Below, in pieces: positions 53,366 through 64,000 of a stretch of 64,000 bases of DNA. The translations under genes and the position numbers were made by a program. The notes below the pieces were generated by a model. That model saw nothing but the letters and a program-made list of their open reading frames with translations, was not told where the DNA came from and did no database searches. Every line of letters starts with the position of its first letter. The first letter of the stretch is position 1. This stretch comes from Vicugna vicugna (taxonomy: Eukaryota), in contig PNXW01005888.1 in assembly GCA_013265495.1 (NCBI GenBank), positions 1 through 64,000 on the forward strand, in the 5' to 3' direction.

Positions 53366-55182
53366 CCGCCGCCTGGCCCCGCCCAGGCCCCGCCGCCTCG
53401 CCCCCAACCAGCCCCCAGCACACCTTCCCGCAGGCCCCGCCCACCGCCCTTCGTGGGCCCTGCGCTCCCTGGCTGAGGTCACTTGGATCTGGGTCCGGCT
53501 CTCCGGCCAGGGACAAGCCCCTGCCGCTGACGCCACAAGACCAAGATCGGGGCCTGGCCAATAAGGGTGCGGTCACAGGCAGGTGTGTCCTGTGAAAGAA
53601 GTCCGGGAAGCGGCCAGCCCCCGTAAAATACTCGAACTCGGAACTCGCGAACCGACACACAGCCTGGCGGATCGCGGTTCTGTTCACACAAATGCACGCC
53701 CGGCAGACGCCAGTTCTACCGAAGGGCTGGGTTGGGCTGGGCTTAGTCTGGCCCGACCCCATGTGAGTCCCCTGCCCACACCAAGCTGCCCAGTCCATCG
53801 GCTCGGTTTCATCGCAGAGGTCAACGTCCAGGAAACGTACTTATCCCACCTTTGGGCGTCAAAGGCTAGGAGATCAAATACAGATTCGAGCTCTCTGACC
53901 CAGGCAAGTTAATAATAACCCACCTATTTTAAGTATTTTGGATGGAAAGGTTAGGACTTACAAATTACCTTCTAGGCGTTTTCAATTCTTTCTGAATAAC
54001 GGGAGCACTGCTTATTAAAAATCAAACAGCAACATATCTGGACTATTTCTAAATTTCAGAGAGATTAAAGAACTGAAAGTAACTACTAAAAGTTTTAATA
54101 ATAATGATATTTTAATAATAACAACCAACTAAAGTTCTAATAACTTTTAGCGTTCTAACAATTCCTTAAAGTAGGGACTATTTTAAAGACGCAGAAGTAA
54201 GATCAAAGAAGATAATTTACCTTTCTAAAGTCACATAGTTTGGAACTGGGGGAGCTATTGTGATTCCTGATTCCAAGTTCTTAACCATAACTAGTGTCTT
54301 GAAGGAATAGCTTGCAGGAATCTGGACGTTAGTCCTATCAAAAATAAAAATTTTTTTTTGAAAAAAAGCGAAACTTTTTATTCACTGATGACATAATTGA
54401 CAATGCAGAAAATCTCAAGGAATCTTACCCTCCAACCAAAACAAAGTGAGCTTAGCAAAAGCATATGGAAAAAAAATCCATGAAATTATTCTTGCTGGCT
54501 CTCATTTAGAGGAGGTAAAGCCCCTTTATGCTGAAGGCCATCTTCCGCCGTCTTCCGGACAATCCTCCCTCTCCTCCACCTTATCTGCTGGGTGCCCCCA
54601 CTTATCTAACTACTTAACACTTCCACCCCCTTTTCACCTCCGCAATAACAAAAGGCAAAATAAGGTGAAGAAAATAACTGATGTTAACAGCAAAATGTAT
54701 CCATCTCCATTTTAAACAGTCCAAACATTGTGAGAGACTTTTATCACATGGTGGGTCAGATCCTGTCACAGTGTGACTTTTAAATTTATTGCTAAGTTCC
54801 TGAACCCAAGTGAGCAAAGAAACCACTTCTAAGATCCTCTGATATTTTAGGACCACAATTTTGATCAATTGATGCTTCTTTTTGCTTTGTTACTTCCCTC
54901 AAACAGTCCAAGTTACTTTCCCATTCTGGAAGCTGTGCCCTGAGGCCAGACTTGTTTCTAAGCTTTTTCTCTCTACCCACCCCTCCCCTGTGGCCATCAG
55001 GGGCAGAGGGGCAACAGAAGTGTTCAGGAGAGCAGTGCCCAGTGAGCTTAGTGGGCTAGGGTCAATGACAGGCCTGAGGGAGATGAACTTGACTGTGTGC
55101 ATCTAGGACTGCCACTCCCCAGGGCCTTTGTGCTCCTCTCCCTGAAGGTAAGAATGTTTTCCAGCCTTGATGATGAGTTTAT

Positions 55183-55535
55183 CTTGTGTTCATCAACCGC
55201 AGTGTGCTCAGAATTCTGCTCTTTCGGAGGCCTCATTACACAGGCATGGTTGATTAAATCATGGGCCATTGGAAACTGATTCAACTTCCAGCTCCTCTCC
55301 TCTTCAGGGAGGTTAGTGGGTGGGTGGGGAGGTAGGACTGAAAGTTCCAACCCTCTAATCAGTTGGTTGGCTCCACTGGCAGCCAGCCCTCATCCTCAGG
55401 TGGGGTCCAAAAGTCACCTGATTAACATAACAAAAGCCAGTTATTGCTCTCATCATTTAGGAAATTCCAGGAGTTTTAGGAGCTCTGCGCTAGAAACAGG
55501 ATGAAGACCAAATATATTTCCTATTATATATCACA
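55183..55535. mobile_element. MER21-like LTR fragment inside the retrocopy
   Basis: 'gcatggttgattaaatcat...ctgaaagttccaaccctctaatca...aaaagtcacct...gaagaccaaatatatttcctattatatatcaca'. Confidence 0.65.
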
Positions 55536-56151
55536 CACCCATGCACAACTCTGCTACCTACACCAGAGTCCCAATCCCTGGGCTCAACACAGCCCCTGAC
55601 CTTCCTGGGAGACCATGTGACTGACCTATGCTCACTTTCTTGGTATATAAAGTGGTAATTTTGTAACTCATTTGTTAATCTCTTCCTGGGATAATATACA
55701 AAAAATAAGATGTAGAAATACTTTGCAAGCAGATGAACTAAATAAATATATCCAGAGAATTGGCAGACTCTGTTGATCCTTCCTACCCTCTTGTTTGCTG
55801 AGCTTTGGAAGAGGACTTGTGGGCAAACATCCTATTTCGCATGTCCCATCTGGGAACAATATATTAAACGACTTAACAACATTTTAATCGTGTAACACAA
55901 GTCAGAGTATTTTCTTTATAGGGTGACAGATTAAAAAGAAATGAAAATGACAATGCCCTGATTTAGGAGTGGCATTTTCTCCAAAGAAGTCAGAAAAAAG
56001 CTCCAATCTCAATTATGATCATCAGATCTTGTTTGCTAAGCAAACAGCGTGTGCTATATTCTCAACAAAGATGCTTCGCAGACCCAGACAGAGAGCAAGT
56101 AGACAGACAAAACCCCTCAAACCCCAAAACTGACCCTGTGGTTGAAAATGC

Positions 56152-56293
56152 CTGAGACGGCCTACATTCAGTCTATGGAATGTGCACCTCTCCTCCACTA
56201 TGACTCGTTCTTGAATTCTTTCCTGTGCGAAGCCAAAACCCTCACTTGGAGGGGCGCAGCCTAGGGACTCGCCTGGGACCTGGGACACGAACA
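56152..56293 (+). mobile_element. ERV1 LTR R/U5-end fragment inside the retrocopy
   Basis: 'cactatgactcgttcttgaattctttcctgtgcgaagccaaaaccctcac...gggacctgggacacgaaca'. Confidence 0.6.
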
Positions 56294-57156
56294 TCTTCTC
56301 GGGGCCCCTTTTTCCTGAATCAAAAGCACAGTGATCCAAACTGCTAGGAAGTGACAGCACTTTTGAGGAAGCTATAAAATGGTGGTGAACAGGGTCAAGC
56401 CCAACAGCCAGCTAGAATTTAGGAGAAATCTGAGGACAAGGCCTCGATATGGTCATTGGAGCCGGGGTACAATATGAGGTGTGACCAAGGGGAAGCCAGA
56501 CAAGAGCCAGTTACAGAAAATGGATACAAATCCCAGAGCACTGGTGTTCCCAGCCCCCCAGGCTAGAATGATGCAGGGGCTGGAGACAGGAAACCACAGC
56601 ACAGGGCTCTCTCCTCGATGCGCCTGGCACCCAATCAGGTCACTCAATTCTCTGAGGTGGTCTCAAGGGGCTTGTGAGTTTCCAAAGCATCCTGAAGCTC
56701 TTTTGTAGAGATTCCTGCATGTCCAGCAGCTTTTGTTTGTTTGTTTGTTTTCAATTGCTTCTACTTTATGCTGGGTATATTGTCCAGATTTTTGGTGTCT
56801 TTATCTTTTGAAGAGGGCGATGTTCTGTCGGAGTTCCGCAGGTGCTCTGGTTGGCTGAGTGAGTCTGTAGATGTGGATCTTGGTGTATTTGTGGGAGAGG
56901 GTGACTTACAAGCGTCCTTCTACTCCGCCATCTTGCCTCTTCTCCAAAAATAAAATTTTATATAAACATCTGAGAATGTTTTATCTGATACCAACTTTCA
57001 TGCTGCTCTCCGAAATATTTCATAAGTCTCCAAGGAGTTTTAGTATTACAAGGCAGTTTACTTTTAGAGGATAAATTTTATACCTGTCTCCCACTGCTGG
57101 TTTAGCAAAGAGATGTCTTTCAAGCATTAGCAAAATAAGCAGGGTATTACTGTAAA

Positions 57157-57310
57157 GCAGTGGTTTGGAAAGTGTGGTCCCAAACCAGCAGCTCAATATT
57201 TGCATGCTTGTCAGAAACGCAAATTATTAGGCCCAATCCCCAACCTTATTGGCTCAGTAACTAGGGATAGGGCAGCAGCAGCTTAGGCTTTAACTAGCTC
57301 TCCAGGGATA
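57157..57310. mobile_element. MER5A-like MITE fragment
   Basis: 'gcagtggtttggaaagtgtggtccc...cttgtcagaaacgcaaattattaggccc'. Confidence 0.6.
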
Positions 57311-57989
57311 GGGGCTGTAGAGAGCAGTGGGGGGTGTGGCCGGGGATTCATGGTCACTGATACTGTCACGCTTGGTCAGATCTTTGGAATTATCTTGGTA
57401 CTTTTTTCTTGCTCATCAACACATCCAACTTTTTTGTCCTTATTATTCTGCAGTTGACACTGACACAGATTCCCTCAGGCTTTCCCCGACTACACAAAGA
57501 CCTCTTGTCTCTTGAGCACCTACTGTGAGTCAACAGATTGAAAGTACTACATAAATCCTGCATGTCACTTTCAACTGGTTTTCCATCACCTATAGTTCAC
57601 TCAGAGGTAAGTTACCAGTTCCATTACTGCACACCGGGAGAGTGCACGTAGATTGTTATATTACTGTTATACTTTAAAAAATTAAATTACTACTTTTATA
57701 TGTCTGAAATAGTTTATAATTCATTTTTAACCCAAAGTTCAAAGAACTGATCTGCTTTTATTTTCAAAATAAGTTATTAAAGATAATATTCTAAAATTAC
57801 ATAAAAGCATGAGTTAAGTTTTAGAAATTTATTTTAAAATTTGTAGTACTCTGCTACAGCATAGTTCTAGAACCCTTCCTCAGGCCCATACCTAGAGAGA
57901 CTACCTCTTTAATTTAGTGGCTGCCAATAGGCACTCTGTCCCTTGATAGGTAGCTGGGAGTGTGTGTTGGGGGTAGGGGGTAGTGAGGA

Positions 57990-58351
57990 GGTAAGACCTG
58001 ATTACAGTGTTGGGTAATTCCCATAGGTAAACACTCTCCTTCGCTACTATTTCAAGCTATCATTGTGATGTCATTGAATATGGAACTTGGAAAAGGTGCT
58101 CATTATATAAGATTTCTACCATACATATACAATCAACAAAAATAACCTCAAGAGCATAAAAAATAGTAAGATATAGTAAACTAGGCATAAAGTTTTGAGT
58201 GTGTATTATCTTTGTTTTTAATATAATTTACTTGTAAGTTTAAATAATTTGATTTTTAATGATGACTATGTTTAACAACTGGCTTGCAAAATTCCTGAAT
58301 TTAACAATAGGGTCTTGTAGGTGGCTAAAAGCAGGTTCCAGCTCACCACTG
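57990..58351 (-). mobile_element. MER63-like hAT element
   Basis: 'tttaacaactggcttgcaaaattcctgaatttaacaat...ggttccagctcaccactg'. Confidence 0.6.
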
Positions 58352-60659
58352 TTTACTGCAAATCCAAGGGAACTCAGAAAAAACTAAACTGCAAGTTCTT
58401 AAAGGCATGAACCGTGACTCTTCCTGACATCGTTTGATCCTTTCCTGAGTACAGTGCTTGGTAAATAATTAACAAACCTTCCAGATTCTTTTGAAGCCCT
58501 TACTCATGGTCCTTGGTCTATGGCTCTGACATGGTAAAGGGAGATTCCCAAAGATTTCTTTTGGGATTTCTACTTTTACGTATGAAGGGGCTGAGCTCAC
58601 TAATCACACCTTTAGACTCTAAAGTTTAGATCCTCTCTTTCATTTAGAAAATTTATTCATTCATTTATTGTCAATATTTAATGTGCAAAGCATTGTTCTA
58701 TGTGCTGTTAATAAAGATGAAGACAGATAATATTTCATCACTCCCAGTGCTTATATTCTAGCGGGGAAAACAATCAAGCAGATAAATAATTTCAGACTTT
58801 AGTAAATGCTATAGAGAAAAGAATGCAGGGTATTGGGACACAATGTGCTATTTCAGAGAGAGGCCTCCCCAAACTGACATTTGAGCCAAAGACCTGAATG
58901 ATAAGGAGTTGCTATAACAAGTCCTGGGAGAAGAGGCTTCCAGGCTCACATGAACAGCAAGATCAAAGCCCTAAGTTGAAACCTGAAAAGCAAGAATGCC
59001 CGTGGAGCCCAAAAGTGCACAGCAAGAGGGGCATGACGACTTGGGTCAGACTGGTAGGTGGGGCCAGGTCTCAGGGGCAGCATTAAAGAGCACGAACTTC
59101 AGAGGAAGGATTTTTAACACAAAGGCAGAGGGTTAATGGTTCTGAATTTTCATTAGGGAGTTGGGAAAATGTGATCCCTTTCGTGCTTTTCCATCCTGGG
59201 GCTGGGAGAATTAACATCATAACCCTAGGATACGGTTAAGGTAAGGAAACAAAAGATGAGTTCTGTGGAGGATAAAACAGAGTCTGTTTACCATGCAATT
59301 GGGATTCCTGGGTTCAGCAAAAAGGCTCGAGTGGGGGGAATAGAGAAAGGGCTGTAACAGTAAGTGACTGGTTTCAATGCCTGCCCAACCAGCAGCCTTG
59401 TGCGGAGGCAGGTGCCTAAACCTCTCACTGACTCATCACTCCCCTCACCCGCCACCACAACACAGAGGGGTTTTTATAGCGGGCCTTGATCAGTGATTAA
59501 TGGAGAAGTGAAAGCAGACCAATGGTGGCCATCAAGGGCCAAATGAAATTTAGATGTGAAATCTGTTTTAGTGCCAGCAGAGGCTGAGGCTGCAAAGGAC
59601 ACCAGAACACTTTGTCCTTTGCTCAGGTTCCAAACTGAAAACAAGCTTCAAGCCCTTTGCACCTTCCTGTGCTTTCTACTTGGGACTTTTCTTCTTTCTC
59701 CCTTTCTCCCTTCCCTTACTTAATCTCTTCTCATTCTTCAGGTTTCTATTTGGAAGACCCTTCTTCAGGGAAGCTTTTCCAGACCCTGCAAAGCTGAGTT
59801 ACACATAATAGTACTTACTAATACTATTGAATGATTACTATATACTAGATATCTGCTCAACACTCACAAGTGTTATTTAAATTCTCATCACGAGGCAGTG
59901 AGGTAGACATTGTTATTATCTTTATTTAAGATATGGTAACCAAGAGTTGGTAAAGATAAGTCATCTGTGCTTAAGGTCACAAAGTAATTGATCAAAAGCA
60001 GAATCCAAAACCAAGTCAGATCTAGGGTGTTAATTATCCCTCCCATGGTTCACTTAATCCTCTGATTTATAATTGCCTATTTAAAGGATTATCTCTTTCT
60101 CCTGGAGAGAAACTCCTTTAAGAGCCTGAATGGTGTCTTACTATCTTTTAACACAGTGCCTGATACATGAGGGATGTTCAATAAATGTGTATTGAATGAA
60201 CAGGAATCAAATGGCATATGTGACTTTTAAAAGAAGTCATATCTCTTTAAGCTATGAAAGTTCTGAGGATGGAATTATTGCTTTTATATGGGACAGGGAA
60301 GATTTCATGGAATTGGCATTCAAGCTGAGCCTTAAGGATTTTCCAGGAGGAATCTAGGTTGTTTGGGGAATGGTGAAAAGAGTGATTTCAGCTAAGGGGC
60401 ATCAAGAATTTGAGTGATGGAAGTGCAGGGAGAGAGTTAAATATTTGAGTGCCCACTATTTGTAAGACAGTTGTTCTAGGATCTGGGAAGACAGTGGTAA
60501 ACAGAGACCGAGCTCCCCTGGAGAGAACTGTAGGTACTGACACGTGTGATAAATAAAATATGCACGATAAATATAATAAGGTCATGTGGTAGAGTGTATG
60601 TATGGGGGAGAACTTCGTTAACTAGTGCAGTCAAGGATATGAGGGACATGTTAAAAACA

Positions 60660-61285
60660 TTACTGAATCAAACTTGGGTTTACTCGCCCATGCAGAGTAA
60701 AGCCAATCTACTGACACCAAGTTGTGGTGAAGGAAAGTGCAGCGTTTACTGTAGGGTGCCAAGCAAGGAGTCCAAGTAGCTAGTGCTTAAAAGACTGGAA
60801 CTAAACTCCCCAAAGCTTTCAGGGAAAGGTTTTTAAAGACAAGGTGAAGAAGGAGGGTTGTGGGGTGTGTGATGGGCTCATGGATGTTCTTCTGATTGGC
60901 TGGTTGTGAGGTAACTGGGAGTCGACTTCCAGTTAACCTTCTTGATTCCAGCCAGTCTGGGGTCCACATGCTTGTGGGCAGCGTACAGTTAACTTCTACC
61001 TGGTGGGGGTTTCGGTATCTGCAGAACAGCTTAAAGGATATGGCTCAGAATATTATCTTTAGCACTTGAGGAGGAAATAATGTCCCTGAATTAGTTTAAT
61101 GGATAAACTACTATTATTTTGTCTTGCTTAACGGTTTTCCTTTCTTTCTGTATTATCTCACTCCTCTGATTAAATATACTCTTTGTAATTTGGGGAAGCC
61201 TAGGAGACTAAAGTTTTCTACAGATAAGAGGCAAGCAGAGGACATCAGGTGGGGGTTCTATTCCAGGAAGTACAAAAGTTACAAA
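60660..61285 (-). mobile_element. ERV1-class solo LTR
   Basis: 'ttactgaatcaaacttgggt...aaagccaatctactgacaccaagttgtggtgaaggaaagtgcagcgtttactg...ttctgattggctggttgtgaggtaac'. Confidence 0.65.
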
Positions 61286-62939
61286 AGTCCTGCACAGCCA
61301 GAATAGATGGTACTTAGCTACACATTAGGGAGGGAAACAGGAGAGATTTTAAGCCTGGGTGAGGAGGAGAATGGTGGTACTAGAGTAATATGTATAATAC
61401 AGAGAACGGAATGGTGGTACTAGAGTTCCAAAGGGATAAATGGCCCACCAAAGCAGTATGAAAATTACTTTAAACTAAAAAGATCTGATCAGCAGCTGTA
61501 AAAGTAACATTAAAAAAAAATTTAAGCACAGTCTCCTCAAAATACAGCAGCCATTGACTTACCCCCACCCCCACACCATTGAGGGAGTTTCCTGATTGGG
61601 AAATAACTGACCTTTAAGATGAAAAAGGGAACCAGGGGGAGGTGACCAAGATGGCGGAGTAGAAGGAAGCTGGTAGCTCACCCTCTCCCACAAATACACC
61701 GAAACTCACATCCATGGACCCACTCAGCCAACCAGAGCACCTACTGAACTCCAACAGAACATCACCCTCTTCAAAAGACAAAGACGCCACGAATCTGGTA
61801 GGAGAAAAGGAAAAAAGAAAGAAGAAAAACCAAAACAGTGCGGGACCGGTCCCGCAGGGAGGGAGCGGCAAAAGAGGACTGGCGCTCGTTTGCTGAACCT
61901 CCCCCTCTCCAATGGAGAGGCCAGCGGGACGGAGCGGAGCCTCCGAGGCTCAGATCTGTATGGAGCAGCCCTTGTCTGACAGAACTAAGTTAAACCAGCA
62001 CAAGAGGTCCCCGCAACACCCAGCCCGAGGCGTGAGCCGGCAGCTGGGGCAGGGGCAGGCGGCCCGAGCCGGGCGGAGGACTGGGGCGGCTGCACTGAGG
62101 CAGCCCCGGGGAATGCAGGGTGCTGCGCCGTGGCTGGGAGGGGATACGGAGCCGAACAACCTGAGCCCCCCAAAAATTACGGAAAAAAAGCAAAGCAACA
62201 CGGCTGGTGTGCCCTGGGGGGAGGGGTGCCATAGCCTTTGTCTCCTCAGACCCACAGCGCCATTACTGGCGCTTCTCCCTAGAAGAGAGGCGGGGCTCAG
62301 CCACAGCTGCCATATCCTGTGTGCAGTGCCTGGGCAGGGGCAGGGCCTAGACCTGAATCCGCACCTGCTGGCTCTGCAACCTACTGGGCAGGACTGAGAC
62401 TTGTTTATAGCCTGAGGCAGATAGGATCTTTCTGCCCTGGTACCTCAGAGAACTTGAACCACCAAGACAAGCAAGGAGCTGGGGCAGGGCTGTTTCACAA
62501 TCTTCTCTGAGCCCGCCTTCGGAGCGCCAACCCGACGCGGAGCAGGTAGCTGCACAGAGCAGCGGAGTAACCGGCGCCGGGAGAGGGCAGGTGGCCACCA
62601 GCCTTCTTGGCAGGAACGCAGCACCTGACCACGGTGCTGGATGGGGTGCGATCCGCCCGCCTACTTTGCCCCAGCGCAGCATCTGACTGCGGCATCAGGA
62701 GGGGGAGTGACTTTCCTGCCCACCAAGAAGGAGAGCAGCACCTGACTGCAGTGTTGGGAGGGGGCGTGATCTGCTTGCTGACAGGCACTGGGAGCAGCAC
62801 AGACAAGGGCGGCAACGGAGGGCCTCTGGAAAACAGCAAGCTGAGTTCGCGAAACAGAGCAAAGACAAAGACTTCTCGATAAAATCATTAAGAGGGCACA
62901 GTCTTCAGGAGAACACTTTTTTAAAAAAATCTTTTTTAT

Positions 62940-63614
62940 ATCTGTTCTATTTTCTATTACCTTTTAAATTTTTACTTTTTAAACAATTGTATATGTCTAC
63001 AGTTTTAATCCCTTTAAATTTTTCTTTTAAAATCTTTTTATTATTATTATTTTGAAAAAATCTCTCTCATTTCATTTTTAATTCTCTTGGTTTTGATCTC
63101 CTGTTATTGATTATACACAGGTTTCAAATATTGTTTTTTGATATTTTCTCCTTTTTTTAAGGTTTTTAAAAGATGTCTCAACTTGATTGCTATTCTGCTT
63201 CAAATTGCTCTTCTATTATTGATTATACAGTTTTCAAACATTTTTTCTCCCTTCTTTTAAAATTCTCTATTGTTTTATCATTTTAAAAAATCTGTTCTAT
63301 TTTCTATTACCTTTAAAATTTTTACTTTTTAAACAATTATATATGTCTCCAGTTTTAATCCCTTTAAACTTATAAAAAATATTTTTATTTTTATTATTTT
63401 TAAAAATCCACCTCATTTCATTTTTATTTCTCTTGGTGTCAATCTCCTGTTACTGATTATACACAGGTTTCAAATATTGTTTTCTGATTTTTTCCTCTTT
63501 TAAAGGTTTTTAAAAGACGTCTCAACTCAGTTGCTATTCTGCTCCAACTTGCTCTTCTATTATTGATTATACACTATTTTCAAACATTTTTTCTCCATTC
63601 TTTTAAAATTCTCT
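62940..63614. repeat. ~350-bp AT-rich tandem duplication (2 copies) in the L1 5' UTR
   Basis: Both units start atctgttctattttctattacc (62940 and 63290) and stay colinear to 'cttttaaaattctct'. Confidence 0.9.
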
Positions 63615-63721
63615 TTTTTTAAAGTTTTATTCCTGCATAGGCTTTAGATAGATAAATAAATAAACTCCTTAAGGACCAAAATAGATAACTGATACTCCTT
63701 AAGCCACAGTGCCAGAGAGAT

Positions 63722-64000
63722 ATGAGCAATATGAAGAAGCAGAGGAACCACTCCCAATTAAAAGAGTAAGAGAAATCCCCTGAAAGAACAATCAATGAAC
63801 TAGACATCAACAGCCTACTAGATCAAGATTTCAAAAAAGGAGTGATCAAAGTACTGAAGGAACTAAAAGAGATAGTATTTAGAGATATAAAATATGTCAA
63901 AAATGAAATTGAAGCTATAAAGAAGAGCCAAGTAGAATTGGTAAACTCATTTGCTGAGATGAGAGCTGATCTAAAGGCTGTACAAAGCAGGTATACAAGT
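63722..64000 (+). pseudogene. L1 ORF1 N-terminus with an in-frame stop
   Basis: MSNMKKQRNHSQLKE*EKSPERTINELDINSLLDQDFKKGVIKVLKELKE...; TAA at 63767-63769. Confidence 0.8.

Larger units (their letters stand above)
52500..53830 (-). promoter_or_regulatory. ARG2: CpG island promoter of ARG2
   Basis: GC- and CpG-rich around exon 1, with several GC boxes (ccccgccc ~53377, ~53434) and CCAAT at 53558-53562. Confidence 0.88.
54351..56945 (-). mobile_element. processed retrocopy of an L1-initiated spliced chimeric non-coding transcript
   Basis: The 5' 161 nt are L1 5' UTR ending at the donor position. AATAAA at 54382-54377 lies 17 nt before an A9 tract (54359-54351). TSD caaaaataaaa(a)tttt at 54339-54354 and 56945-56959. 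Confidence 0.8.
61635..64000 (+). mobile_element. 5' portion of a formerly full-length L1 (~2.1 kb 5' UTR plus start of ORF1), running past the window end
   Basis: Starts ggggga, with a YY1 motif caagatggcgg at 61647-61657, a CpG-rich promoter region and ORF1 from 63722. Upstream ttt|aagatgaaaaagggaacca fits an endonuclease site and left TSD. Confidence 0.9.

Noticed and set aside
52390..53912. ORFs of 140-221 aa around ARG2 exon 1
   Set aside because: CpG-island artefacts. Only 53130-53240 is coding, and the 221-aa ORF is exon 1 read into the intron.
56731..56751. (AAAC)n tract on the - strand, first read as the poly(A) tail of a short L1-derived element
   Set aside because: No TSD matches there. 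The matching duplication, AATAAA and A-tract are at 54339-54382, so this tract is internal.
54446..56953. Short ORFs (60-112 aa) inside the retrocopy as a possible retrogene CDS
   Set aside because: None resembles a protein I recognise, several start at non-ATG codons, and several overlap LTR or L1 sequence.
61614..62888. Cluster of ORFs up to 161 aa
   Set aside because: They lie in the GC-rich L1 5' UTR, with no evidence for a product.
1..64000. CRISPR arrays, operons, rRNA or other prokaryotic or viral systems
   Set aside because: The window is spliced mammalian genes plus mammalian repeats; no repeat-spacer array or long intronless ORF was seen.

Overview
This is mammalian genomic DNA, most likely camelid (camel, alpaca or llama), judging by the tRNA-derived SINEs of Vic-1 type. 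It covers the conserved RDH11-VTI1B-ARG2 cluster. The + strand holds the last two coding exons and 3' UTR of RDH11, then the complete 6-exon VTI1B gene (CDS 10209..27574, 232 aa) behind a CpG-island promoter. The - strand holds the complete 8-exon ARG2 gene (CDS 53240..28035, 354 aa), tail-to-tail with VTI1B. All exons were read by hand, have GT-AG boundaries and join in frame. The rest is intronic or intergenic DNA with L1, SINE, LTR and DNA-transposon relics, a decayed RPS15 processed pseudogene, and the 5' part of a formerly full-length L1 at the right edge. The most unusual object is a ~2.6 kb insertion (54351..56945, - strand) about 1.1 kb upstream of the ARG2 start codon. It looks like a retrocopy of a spliced non-coding transcript that starts in an L1 5' UTR. 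Its L1 part stops exactly at a GT donor visible in the neighbouring L1, and it has AATAAA, a poly(A) remnant and a target-site duplication. Also notable are a 42-bp near-perfect inverted repeat in VTI1B intron 1 and an L1 3' transduction. There are no prokaryotic features and no CRISPR array. Repeat family names come from recognising consensus motifs, not from a database run.
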